Assembly: GCF_006345805.1 (NCBI RefSeq)
Contig: NW_021832635.1
Location: 1-37,789, forward strand
Source: Octopus sinensis
Taxonomy: Eukaryota
Length of the DNA stretch: 37,789 bases
Reading direction: 5' to 3'
A program made the translations under genes and the position numbers. Below the pieces are notes generated by a model. It was not told the DNA's origin. It saw nothing but the letters and a program-made list of their open reading frames with translations, and did not search any database. Positions within the stretch are counted from its first letter, which is position 1. Every line of letters starts with the position of its first letter. Shown here one piece after another: positions 11,300 to 21,895 of the stretch.

Positions 11300-12481
11300 A
11301 TACCATCGTGAACCAAGATTTCCAACATTAATTGCTGACTCTGCGGTTAATTGCATGCAGGTGAGACTTGTCCGAGAGTTAACGAACCGAACAACTTTGG
11401 GACGGTGTCCTGGTTCACAGTACCAAGTCATTTGTAGTCCACCACTTTCTCTTGTTTGACTAAAATTCTATTTTCTCTACACCCTTTTGTCCCCAGAATT
11501 GTCCCAGTTCACAATTTTCCCCACATATCAGTTACAATGCAAATATTCTATTTTCCGTTATGGAACAGCATATCCATATACGATAAACAACCGATTTACC
11601 TTCCGTTATTTACATACGACCACACACACACACACAGACACACACACATACGCACACGTTGCACGCCTACACTCTCGCATACACATACTCGCACGCCGAG
11701 ATGTTGCATTTATAAGTTATATACAAACACTGCCTCATTCCCATTCGCCGCTTGTACACACCACCTCGCTTCGCTTCCGTCCACTACACAACGCAGTAAG
11801 GAACCTTATTCCGCACCTATTTTTCGACACATAACATCGACACATTCGTGCACCAAGATTTTCCAGTTACAACAGCTGTATTTATACACCACCATGTTTC
11901 CATTCATTACACACACCACTCATACCACACACATACCTCTGCAAACGCATTGAATACACCTCTGCACTCTCTCACACTTTCCTCACATAGATATAACTCG
12001 CCCTCATCCGTTTGCACGCATGCACGACGCGCCCGCGTCCGCACTCACACACTCATTTACGTCAACGCCTACTCAATCGCTCACCCACACTCAACTAGAC
12101 TTAAAACCTGTTTACGTCAGAAGTATTCACTCACCTATTATCTCCCTTGATTAACTCTTGGATGTGAAACATTATTATTTTTCCACACTCTTCTCTTCGC
12201 CGCTCATTTCACTCCATGCTACATTAATTCACTCGTAACCCTGTTCCTTTCTTACTTTTCTTTGAAACTCGAAAGGTTAAACCCTTTCTTTCCTTATCCG
12301 TCTGTTGGTATTCCACTCGCATTATATATACTGTATTCTTCAACTATCCCGTTGGTTCGTTCTGTTCCGAGACTTTTTTGCATACGCACATACATAGATA
12401 CATAGATAGGTAGGTAGATAGATAAATAGATAGATAGATAGATAGATTGATAGATAGACATAAATATACATACATACATAC

Positions 12482-13051
12482 ATGATGATGGCCGTCCACT
12501 CGTGACCGAGGAAGACCATTGCCGACCTTCAGGAACATTGTGCACCCTAGGACTAACTTATATTTTGCATTTGCGGTTCCGTTGGTGGCTAATGAGCCCT
12601 GCTCTTGACAAGCATACACGACTGCAAACATTGCAGACCAAGCTTTCCCCATTCACTATACGAGCCGTGCGCTTTCGCACAGCTCGCTTAAGTTCTTCAT
12701 GCTGGATACGTGCTCTCTCAAAAGTGTCAATCCCCTCCTTAACCTGCTTCCTCCACCTGTGGCAATGACAAGCATTGTTCTCCCAGTCAGTGTCCTGCAT
12801 ATCACAGGCCTTTAATTAGGACTTGACACAGTCCTTAAATTGCAGCCTTGGTTTCTGCCGGAGTCTCCTTCCATTCACAAGTTCTCCATAGAGCATCTGC
12901 TTAGGAATCCTTCTATCCTCCATTGTAATAAGGTGTCCAGTCCAACACAACCGGTGCTTGTGCACCATCGCCTCAATACTCAAGCTATCAGCTGTCCTCA
13001 GGATCTGTGTGTCTGGAATTTTTGAGGTCCAGCCAACATTGAGAATGTGTC

Positions 13052-13053
<2 letters not shown>
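12482..13053 (-). mobile_element. RTE-clade LINE, 5'-truncated 3' fragment (frameshifted)
   Basis: ORF2 C-terminal motifs LRHILNVGW..IPDTQIL, HRLCWTGHL..MEDRRIPKQMLYGEL..G.R...PRL.FKDCVK; C2H2-like CNVCSRVCLSRAGLISHQR; short 3' UTR ending in a (CAT)n tail. Confidence 0.9.
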
Positions 13054-13082
<29 letters not shown>

Positions 13083-13206
13083 CATACATACATACATACA
13101 TACATACATACATACATACATACATACATTTCAAAATGTAACCACATGTGGGTCGTTGGCGATTTTCTTCCTTTTCTTCCTTTTCTCAAGGCTTTCCTAC
13201 ATCTGT

Positions 13207-13392
13207 GGAGGCGCGTGGCTTAGTGGTTAGGGTGTCAGCATTATGATCGTAAGATTGTGGTTTCGATCCCTGGACCGGGTGACGCGTTGTGTTCTTGAGC
13301 AAAACACTTCATTTCACGTTGCCCCAGTCTACTCAGCTGGCAAAAATGAGTAACCGGGCCCATGAGCCTGGCTAGGATTTAAAAGGGCGCAT
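13207..13392 (+). mobile_element. tRNA-derived SINE, type B
   Basis: A box TGGCTTAGTGG, B box GGTTTCGATCCC, then GTGTTCTTGAGCAAAACACTT...CAGCTG..AAATGAGT; related to 33261-33595. Confidence 0.85.
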
Positions 13393-13426
13393 TTATTTTA
13401 TTTTGTTTTTATTTCCTACATCTCCG

Positions 13427-13461
13427 GTTTCTGACGAAGAGCTTTGCTCGAAACGTAAAAC
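13427..13461 (+). ncRNA. Minimal type-I hammerhead-ribozyme-like motif in a Penelope-like terminal repeat
   Basis: GTTT-CTGACGA-A-GAGC(TTT)GCTC-GAAAC-GTA-AAAC: intact core, 4-bp stem II, loopless palindromic stem III (ACGT), GUA cleavage triplet, 4-5-bp stem I; one extra A after CUGACGA. Confidence 0.65.
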
Positions 13462-13584
13462 TTCCTTTCTTTCCTTCCCTGGGCGTCTGCTAATACTTTG
13501 TAAGTACCACATCCTCGCATTGCTTTTTCTTTTCTTGTGTTTGTTTTTCGTTTTTTTTTGGGGGGGGGGGCTACTATATACATA

Positions 13585-13728
13585 CATACATACTACATAA
13601 ATATATATATATAGATAGATAGATAAATAGATAGATAGATAGATACATACATACATACATGCATACATACATACATACATACATACATACATACAGACAT
13701 ACAGACATACATACAGACAGACAGACAT

Positions 13729-13763
<35 letters not shown>

Positions 13764-13800
13764 AATAGACAGACTGACAGTGAGACAAACAGACAGACTA
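13585..13800. repeat. (GATA)n/(CATA)n/(CAGA)n compound microsatellite
   Basis: Direct inspection. Confidence 0.9.
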
Positions 13801-13863
13801 CAATCCATGCCTTTACTGGAACTGTAAAAATCTGTAAAACTTTCCAGAAGTTTATCATTTAAA

Positions 13864-14250
13864 CTAGCAGTATCGCCCGGCGTTGCTCAGGTTTGTAAGG
13901 GAAATAACTATAAAGCCTTTTTAGAGAGTTATAGCCAAAAAATAGCAAACAAATGGAAAAAAAATGATGGTAAATTTTTTTTTGAGAGTAAAAAAAGGTT
14001 GAGTTGCGTCCCCTAGACAGTCTGTGGTTTGTTTTTTTTGATTCTCGACCCCATGTCGAATTTATCGATTTTTTTCAGAACTGGGGGAACTTTTCAAAAT
14101 TTTCGCTGCGTTAGTTTTGAATTATGACATTGGGCTATGTGTGTGTCAAGTTTCATCAGAATCGGTTGAAAGCCGTGGTCAGGGTGAGGGTACGAGAAAA
14201 CAGACACACAGAAACACGCACAGACAAACTGCCGTTTATATAGAGAGAGA
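13864..14250 (-). mobile_element. Non-autonomous Helitron (~387 bp)
   Basis: Minus strand begins TC (14250-14249) and ends CTAG (13867-13864), inserted between A and T; subterminal hairpin CCTGAGCAACGCCGGG ~10 nt from the 3' end; internal AAGTTTCATCAGAATCGG and (CAGA/CACA) tract typical of short Helitron families. Confidence 0.82.
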
Positions 14251-14309
14251 TATATATGAGCACGGCTATACATGCAACTATACGCGTGAGAATACATACA
14301 TAAAGCAAA

Positions 14310-14572
14310 ACATACAAATCTGCACATATACATACATACATACAAACATACATACATGCATACATACATACATGCATGCATACATACATACATACATACA
14401 TACATACATACATGCATGCATGCATGCATGCATACATACATACATACATACATGCATGCATACATGCATACATACATACATACGTACATACATGCATGCA
14501 TGCATACATGCATACATACATACATACATGCATACCTACATACATACATACATATGTACGTACGTACGTACG

Positions 14573-14608
<36 letters not shown>

Positions 14609-14778
14609 TATGCATGCATACTTGCATACATACATACATACATACATACATACATACATGCATGCATGCATACATACATACATACATACATACATACATA
14701 CATACATACATACATACATACATACATACATGCATGCATGCATACATACATGCATGCATACATACATACATACATACA

Positions 14779-14814
<36 letters not shown>

Positions 14815-15267
14815 TACATACAAACGTACATACATCATACATACATACATACATACATACATACATACATACATACATGCATGCATGCATACATACATAC
14901 ATACATACTACATACATACATACATACATACATACATACATACATACATACATACATAATGCATGCATACATACATACATACATACATACAGACAGACAG
15001 ACAGACATGCATACATACATACATACATACATATATACATACAAACGTACATACATACATACAAATATACATACATACAAACATACATACATACATACAT
15101 ACAAATATACATACATACATACATACATACATGCATGCATGCAAACATACATACATACATACATACATACATACATACATACATACATACATACATACAT
15201 ACATACACACACACATACATACATACATACATACATACATACATACATACATACATACATACATGCA

Positions 15268-15299
<32 letters not shown>

Positions 15300-15445
15300 C
15301 ATACATAGATACATAGATACATAGATACATACATGCATGCATACATACATACATACATGCATACATACATTCATACATACATACATACATACATACATAA
15401 ATACATACACACATACATATACACACACACATATTTATACATACA
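14310..15445. repeat. ~1.1-kb (CATA)n tetranucleotide array with CATG/CGTA/CAGA variants
   Basis: Direct inspection; source of many artefactual ORFs. Confidence 0.97.
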
Positions 15446-15447
15446 TA

Positions 15448-15669
15448 TACACAAGGTGTAGCGGAAAAGTTCCTGAATTTGATTAAAAGAAAATACAGGA
15501 GGATCAATTATGATTTCATTCAGCATGTTCCCCTTTCACACTTATTGCAGCAGCCCTTCAATGGTTTTTAGTCGTGTAATAGGGCTCTGGAGGTTGGACC
15601 TCCATTCAGGTCTTTTGTGACGCCCTTAAAAACCTGCACACCTCTCCAAGTTTCCTGCACACCCTGGTA
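15448..15669. mobile_element. MITE, mariner-TIR family (copy 3, diverged)
   Basis: Ends TACACAAGGTGTAGCGGAAAAGTT / AAGTTTCCTGCACACCCTGGTA; interior similar to 470-682. Confidence 0.65.
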
Positions 15670-15740
15670 TATATGCATGTAATTACATATCTTTTACGCA
15701 CGAAGCGCGCACACATACACACACTCACACATATGTTAGC

Positions 15741-15945
15741 AAAGGCGGCGACCTGCGTAGCCGTATTTCGTCTGTCGTTACGTTCCGAGTTCAAATTCCG
15801 CCGAGGTCGACTTTGCCTTTCATCCTTTCGGCGTCGATAAATTAAGTACCAGTTACCCACTGGGATCGATGTAATCGACTTAATCCCTTTGTTTGTCCTT
15901 GTTTGTCCCCCTCTGTGTTTAGCCCCTTGTGGGTAGTAAAGAAAT
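15741..15945 (+). mobile_element. SINE type C with 12-bp target-site duplication
   Basis: GGCGGCG...GAGTTCAAATTCC B box; TSD ACATATGTTAGC at 15729-15740 and 15946-15957. Confidence 0.92.
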
Positions 15946-16138
15946 ACATATGTTAGCTGGTGGACAGTTTTAAAAAGAACGATCAATATCTTACTGGTAA
16001 ATAGAGTGAATGAATATATCCAAAGACCATGCGTGTGTATGTGCATGTGTGTATAAAAGACTTAACGATAATGCCAAAGAGTCATTTAATTACAGATGAT
16101 AAGATAGATACAAGCGGAAATAGATATTTTACATTTCA

Positions 16139-17401
16139 TTAAGGCTTATCAAGGTTCTGCATTTTTCTATCTCGGTTTGCGATTATGCTATTCTTTTGTA
16201 TTTTGGAAACAGCTTTTAAGTTCCGCTTCTTTTTGTTATTTACAATTTGTCTCTCTTTGAAATTTAGTTTCTCTTGCCTGACTGGGCAATTTTGTAAATC
16301 AAAAGCTTTCCTCAATGTATTGTTTGTCTGCATGTGGTTATTTAATCCCGAGCTCAGGAAACGACAAAAATATTCGTATCGCTTTTTATATCTCCAGCTA
16401 GATAAATCAATAGCTTCGTTTCCTACCATTATCTTTTTTGAACGACAACTACCATCTTCAAGAAAATGTATTACGTCTTTGAAAACGGTTTTATAATTAC
16501 TCCTGTCCGTCTTCGTATAATGCTTACTGCTCTCCATCAATAATGTTTTTAAAATCTGCCAGTATTTCAATGCACTTTCCTCTTCCGAGTTGAATTCATC
16601 TTCTGGCATGCTCTCGAAAATTAACGCAATGACTTCCGCTGCACATATTCTAACATGCAAATTTTTACTGCTCAGTAATTCTTCTAAGGTAATCATAGTC
16701 TCTTTGTCCACTGTTTTTGTGATTGAAGATGACATATCGCTGGACAGCAGTAGCGCCCAGGCTGACAGCGAACAAACGATAAGAGACGTTTCTATTCTGT
16801 ATGTTCTGCACGCGGCTCTATTGCATCCTTCAGTTGGCTTGCGAAAGATTTTTTCAAAAGCTGTCATTATATTTTCTACGATAGATGAACTACAATAAGA
16901 TACAAAGGCCGAAATAGCTAATGTTTCCGCGCATTTTTCTCGTATCGTCATCAAAGCATTCGGATCATGAAGTAAATAAACGAGATGTTGGTAATTTTGT
17001 TCAAAAATTTTCCGACCATTCGAACCCAATTGTATAAGTAGCAAGGCAAAAAGGTCGGTAAATATCATCTGCTCTTCGTAATCACCTTTCAGAAAAAATT
17101 GTTTCAAAATTTCATTGAATTCAGTACTGTTCATGTGAATTCCTTTAAAATGGTGTCTTGAAAGAAAGATATTTAACTCTCCAATTTGTTCAATGCAAAA
17201 GGTAGTATCTTTGTCATTGATATATTTTACAGGAATATTTTTTAGATGTTGCAATGATTCTATTGCCTCACTAATGTTTAAATTTTTTAAAAGTTTATTC
17301 TTGTTGGTTTCCGATTGATCAACGTCTGCAATTTTCATATTAGAAGATTGGTTTTTTGTTGTTTTTCTTCGATGTTTTGATGGTATCTTAATGTAATTCA
17401 T
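16139..17401 (-). CDS. IFRD: Interferon-related developmental regulator (IFRD1/IFRD2 family) protein, 420 aa, intronless
   Basis: Intact ATG-to-TAA ORF; recognisable family segments ALLLIQLG, REKCAETLAI..F, SLSAWALLLS, LLSSKNLHVRICAAEVIALIFE, SSKHYTKTDR....VFKDVIHFLE, IDLSSW..KKRYEYFCRFLSSGLNNHMQTNNTLRKAFDL; ATTAAA on the minus strand at 16090-16085. Confidence 0.9.
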   Translation of the reverse strand: MNYIKIPSKHRRKTTKNQSSNMKIADVDQSETNKNKLLKNLNISEAIESLQHLKNIPVKYINDKDTTFCIEQIGELNIFLSRHHFKGIHMNSTEFNEILKQFFLKGDYEEQMIFTDLFALLLIQLGSNGRKIFEQNYQHLVYLLHDPNALMTIREKCAETLAISAFVSYCSSSIVENIMTAFEKIFRKPTEGCNRAACRTYRIETSLIVCSLSAWALLLSSDMSSSITKTVDKETMITLEELLSSKNLHVRICAAEVIALIFESMPEDEFNSEEESALKYWQILKTLLMESSKHYTKTDRSNYKTVFKDVIHFLEDGSCRSKKIMVGNEAIDLSSWRYKKRYEYFCRFLSSGLNNHMQTNNTLRKAFDLQNCPVRQEKLNFKERQIVNNKKKRNLKAVSKIQKNSIIANRDRKMQNLDKP

Positions 17402-18204
17402 GATTCACGGTTGAATTGTATAAAATGTATATGAAATACTCAAGAGAGAAAAAACGCAAGTTATTGTTATTACAATACCTGTTTAAGTGTATGTATATAT
17501 ATATAACTGTATGCATGTGCATATATAAATATATGTTATATATGTACATATAATATATATATACATATATATACATATATATAATTATATATAAATATAA
17601 ATATTCATATATATATATATATATGAAAATGTATATGTATTGATATGCTCGAAGAAACCTTTACATTTTATTTTATTTAAAAAATAACTTAAAAAAGCGA
17701 TATTTCAATCGCTTATAAATAAAATCAAAACATAATCCAGCCTTTCCAGTTACGTCACGAGCGCTTTCATCATAAACGGATGCGGTATTTCAGTTGTAGT
17801 TTGACTTGCATCATATTGCATAATGTTTTTGCAAGAAGAAATTAGTGTTTATTGAAGTAAACAGAATAAGGCTTCCGCAGAGATTAGAAAAAGATTTGGA
17901 CATTGGGTCCAAAGTGAGCTGGTGAACGCTTTATAAGACACGAGAAAAGGTATTTTAAAAGTAAGCGCAAGATCACTTAATTATAAGGATGGTAAGAATG
18001 AGATGGCGAATTATTCATGGCTTTCGTGACGACACACAAGAAAGATTAACTTGCATTTCAAGGTTATCAATGCTATTTTTGTAACGAATAGTTCTGGATT
18101 TTTCTATGTCTATCTGTGTTTTGGGGATTATATTCTGAAATTAGTTTATAATAAGGTTTTTTTGTGTTCTTTCCACAAACTGTTAAATTACATTACTGCA
18201 TACA

Positions 18205-18620
18205 TACATAGATACATAGATACATACATACATACATACATACATACATACATAAATATATATATATATATATATATATATTACATCCAAAATTTAAAGG
18301 ACTTTTGTATTTAAAAAATATTTTAATCTTCGGATTTTTTAAATATATATTTGTGTGTGTGTATGTATGTATGTATGTATGTATGTGTAGGTATGTGTGT
18401 ATGTATGCATGTATGTATATATGTATGTATGTGTAGGTATGTGTGTATGTATGTATGTATGTATGTATGTATGTATGTATGTATGCATGCCTGCATGCAT
18501 GTATATATGTATGTATATATGTATGTTTGTGTGTGAGTGCATGCATGTATGTGTGTGTTTATGTATGTTTATATATGTATGTATGTATGTATACACATAC
18601 TTATACACACCCACACATGT
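18205..18620. repeat. (CATA)n/(TA)n/(TATG)n microsatellites
   Basis: Direct inspection. Confidence 0.9.
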
Positions 18621-18839
18621 ATATAAAACAGGGTGACTCGTGCTAGTAAGTATACGCTGCGAGTGCTCAACATGGTGTAGCACTAAACTCCTTGAGTCAG
18701 GAGACATAGTTTTAAGAAAAGGCGAACAGTTTGGCAAGACCTGACAAGGACATTAAATTTAGCTATATAATAACCCTTTTATTACATAGCTAAATAAAAT
18801 GTACTCTTTGCATTTTCTTTTCTGCTTTAATCTATTTAT

Positions 18840-18920
<81 letters not shown>

Positions 18921-18921
<1 letters not shown>

Positions 18922-19586
18922 CCTTCCTTCAAACGGGAAGGAAGAGCTATTTTATCATACTTGTGGCTATGGCGAAAGAATGTATCTGGTGGACGCGTCT
19001 GAAAGGATTAGAGACAAACACTTTCCTCCCTGGTCAATCTCTCATCAACTTCTTCAGTATCACTTGAAGAAAAAAGTGAGAGTAGAGAGGCAAGTTTTGT
19101 CTAGTGAATGTTTTAAAAAAAGATGGGTGAATGTAGCAAGGATGGCACGTATGAATGACGAAGTCACCTTGACTATGATTCTATAACCGTAAAAATTAAT
19201 ACAGAGAGTTGCTTATTTGCAAAAAAAAAAAAAAGAAATATAACATGTGACTTCATTGACCGAGGTTACCGTGGTCTTTTCCGTAGGCTTTTCTTTCCAC
19301 GGGTAAACCTCACCTGTCCTCCCCTTTACACTTCATATTGACATTTCTGTGATAACGATCCCTATTGATCAATTTTTTTCCTCTCCCCCTTTTTTTTTAA
19401 CCCCCTCCTTTTTTTTGTCCTCTTTCTCTCCTTTTACGATCCCTTTTGATCGACCCCCCCCTTTTTTATTTTATTTTTATTTTATTTTTTATTTTCTATT
19501 TTTTTTATTTTTTAAACCTCAAAGAAAAGCTCTACCTTGTAATTTGTTCTATCTGTGTGCAGCCCTGTGTGGCTAATAAAGAAACA
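18921..19586 (+). mobile_element. Tx1/L1-clade LINE, short 5'-truncated copy, flanked by (TATC)n on both sides
   Basis: Near-identical to ~35767-36375; encodes SFKREGRAILSYLWLWRKN (frameshifted ORF2 tail); ends GTGGCTAATAAAGAAACA. Confidence 0.9.
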
Positions 19587-19653
<67 letters not shown>

Positions 19654-19713
19654 TTATCTTTCTATCTATCTATCTATCTATCTATCTACCTATCTATCTC
19701 GCTTTATATATAA

Positions 19714-19752
<39 letters not shown>

Positions 19753-19759
19753 ATATATA

Positions 19760-19792
<33 letters not shown>

Positions 19793-20052
19793 ATATGATA
19801 TATATATATATACATATATATATATACATACATACATATATATATAATTACATATGTATATTGATATATTCATACCATATCACATATACATACATGCATA
19901 CATACGTATATATAGATTGATATATAATGGTAACATATTAATTTACAGATAAATTTCCTCTACATAATATTGAGGTCTCTTTCTTTTGTTATATTACCGT
20001 TTTTACCAATATATATATATATTTATATATATATATAGATAGATAGATAAAT

Positions 20053-20105
<53 letters not shown>

Positions 20106-20216
20106 AAGATAGTTATGGCCAGTTTACGGGGTTGCACTTGGTTTCCCATATATCAGTATGTTCTATTAGGATTGACCTACAGATAAACAATATCAAGACA
20201 GTGACAAACAATATCA

Positions 20217-20443
20217 GAAGGCGGCGAGCTGGCAGAATCGTTAGCACGCCGGACGAAATACTTAGCAGTATTTCGTCTGTCGTTACGTTCTGAGTTCAAA
20301 TTCCGTCGACTTTGCCTTTCATCCTTTCGGGGTCGATAAATTACGTACCAGTTTCGCACTGGGGTCGATGTAATCGACTCAATCCCTTTGTCTGTCCTTG
20401 TTTGTCCCTTCTATGTTTAACCCCTTGTGGGGAGTAAAGAAAT
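20217..20443 (+). mobile_element. SINE type C
   Basis: GGCGGCGAGCTGGCAGAATCG A-box head, GAGTTCAAATTCC B box, same body as 15741; TATCAAGACAGTG repeated at 20191-20203 and 20451-20463. Confidence 0.9.
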
Positions 20444-20469
20444 AAATAATTATCAAGACAGTGTTGTTA

Positions 20470-20657
20470 CGTATGTATGTGTGTATGTATGTATGTATGT
20501 ATGTATGTATGTATGTATGTATGTATGTATGTATGTATGTATGTATGTATGTATGTATAATATATATATGTGTGTGTGCGTGATTGTATGAGTATACATA
20601 TACATATATACATATATATATACATACACACACACATATATATGTATGTCTATTTAG

Positions 20658-20704
<47 letters not shown>

Positions 20705-20900
20705 CACACACATACACACACACACACATATGTATATATATAAAGAGAGAAAGAGAGAGAGACAGAGATAAATAGATAGGTGTATGTGTTTTATGTGCAT
20801 CTGTGTATATATATATGTCTCTGTGTGTGTGTGGGTGTATGTATGTGTGTGTACGTGCGTGTATTTAAGTGTACGTGCGTATGTGTGGTTGTGTGTGCGT
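20470..20900. repeat. (TATG)n/(TA)n/(CA)n compound microsatellites
   Basis: Direct inspection. Confidence 0.9.
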
Positions 20901-21443
20901 GTGTGCGTGCGAGTATGTTTGTAAGTAGGTTTGTTTGTAAAAATGCATTTTGACATTTATTGACCAACACCAGCGAATGCGTGGAATGTAAGCGAATGTT
21001 TGCTTTTACTCTGTGTGTTTAATTCCACTTTATTGCCTGGCTTTTATGCGCAATAATGGAAAGATCACCGTGTTGAAATGAAGATGGAAAATTGTCCAGC
21101 GGATGATATAGCATGTTTGTTATTTTCTGATTCCGTTGGTGTTTTTGGTTATCATTACTGGGCGGAAGAATGAGAGGTGATTGTGACTCATTCATAACTG
21201 AAAGTTCTACAATGATCCACTCAAAATCTAATTTTCATCGGAATCTCGGTCACAAACAGAGAAAAGGATGTGAATGTTATACGCCAGATATTGGTCGATA
21301 CCAGTGTTTATGACCCTTGGGGTTACATATTTTTGTTGTTGCTAAAATTTATTTGCAACAAATTGTTTAGACTTCTACAATACACAGAATATTTTGACAT
21401 TTAAAAAAAATGCTGTTCTTAATAATATTTAATCATAAAGATA

Positions 21444-21895
21444 GGCACGGGAATGGCTGTGTGGTAAATAGCTTGCTTACCAACCACTTGGTTCCGGCTT
21501 CAGTCCCACTGCGTGACACCTTGGGAAAGTGTCTTCTACTATAGCCTCGGGCGGATCAAAGCCTTGTGTGTGGATTTTGTAGACGGAAACTGAAAGAAGC
21601 CCGTCGTATGTATGTATGTATGTATGTATGTATGTATGTATGTATGTATGTATGTATGTATGTATGTATGTATGCATGTGTGTGTATATGTCTGTGTGTA
21701 TGTGCTTGTCCCTCCAACATCGCTTGACAACCGATGCTGGTGTGTTTACGTCCCCGTAACTTAGCGGCTCGGCAAAAGAGGCCGATAGAATAAGTACTAG
21801 GCATACAAAGAATAAGTCCTGGGGTCGAGTTGTTCGACTAAAGGCGATGCTCCAGCATGGCCGCAGTCAAATGACTGAAACAAGTAAAAGAAAAA
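21444..21895 (+). mobile_element. SINE type D, full length, internal (TATG)n
   Basis: GGCACGGGAATGGCTGTGTGGTAA...GGCTTCAGTCCC head, GTAGACGGAAACTGAAAGAAGCCCGTCG, microsatellite, then CCAGCATGGCCGCAGTC..TGACTGAAACAAGTAAAAG tail. Confidence 0.92.

Noticed and set aside
17750-17757. TGACGTAA (CRE/ATF-like site, minus strand) ~350 bp upstream of the IFRD ATG
   Set aside because: A single 8-mer is expected by chance and the transcription start is unknown
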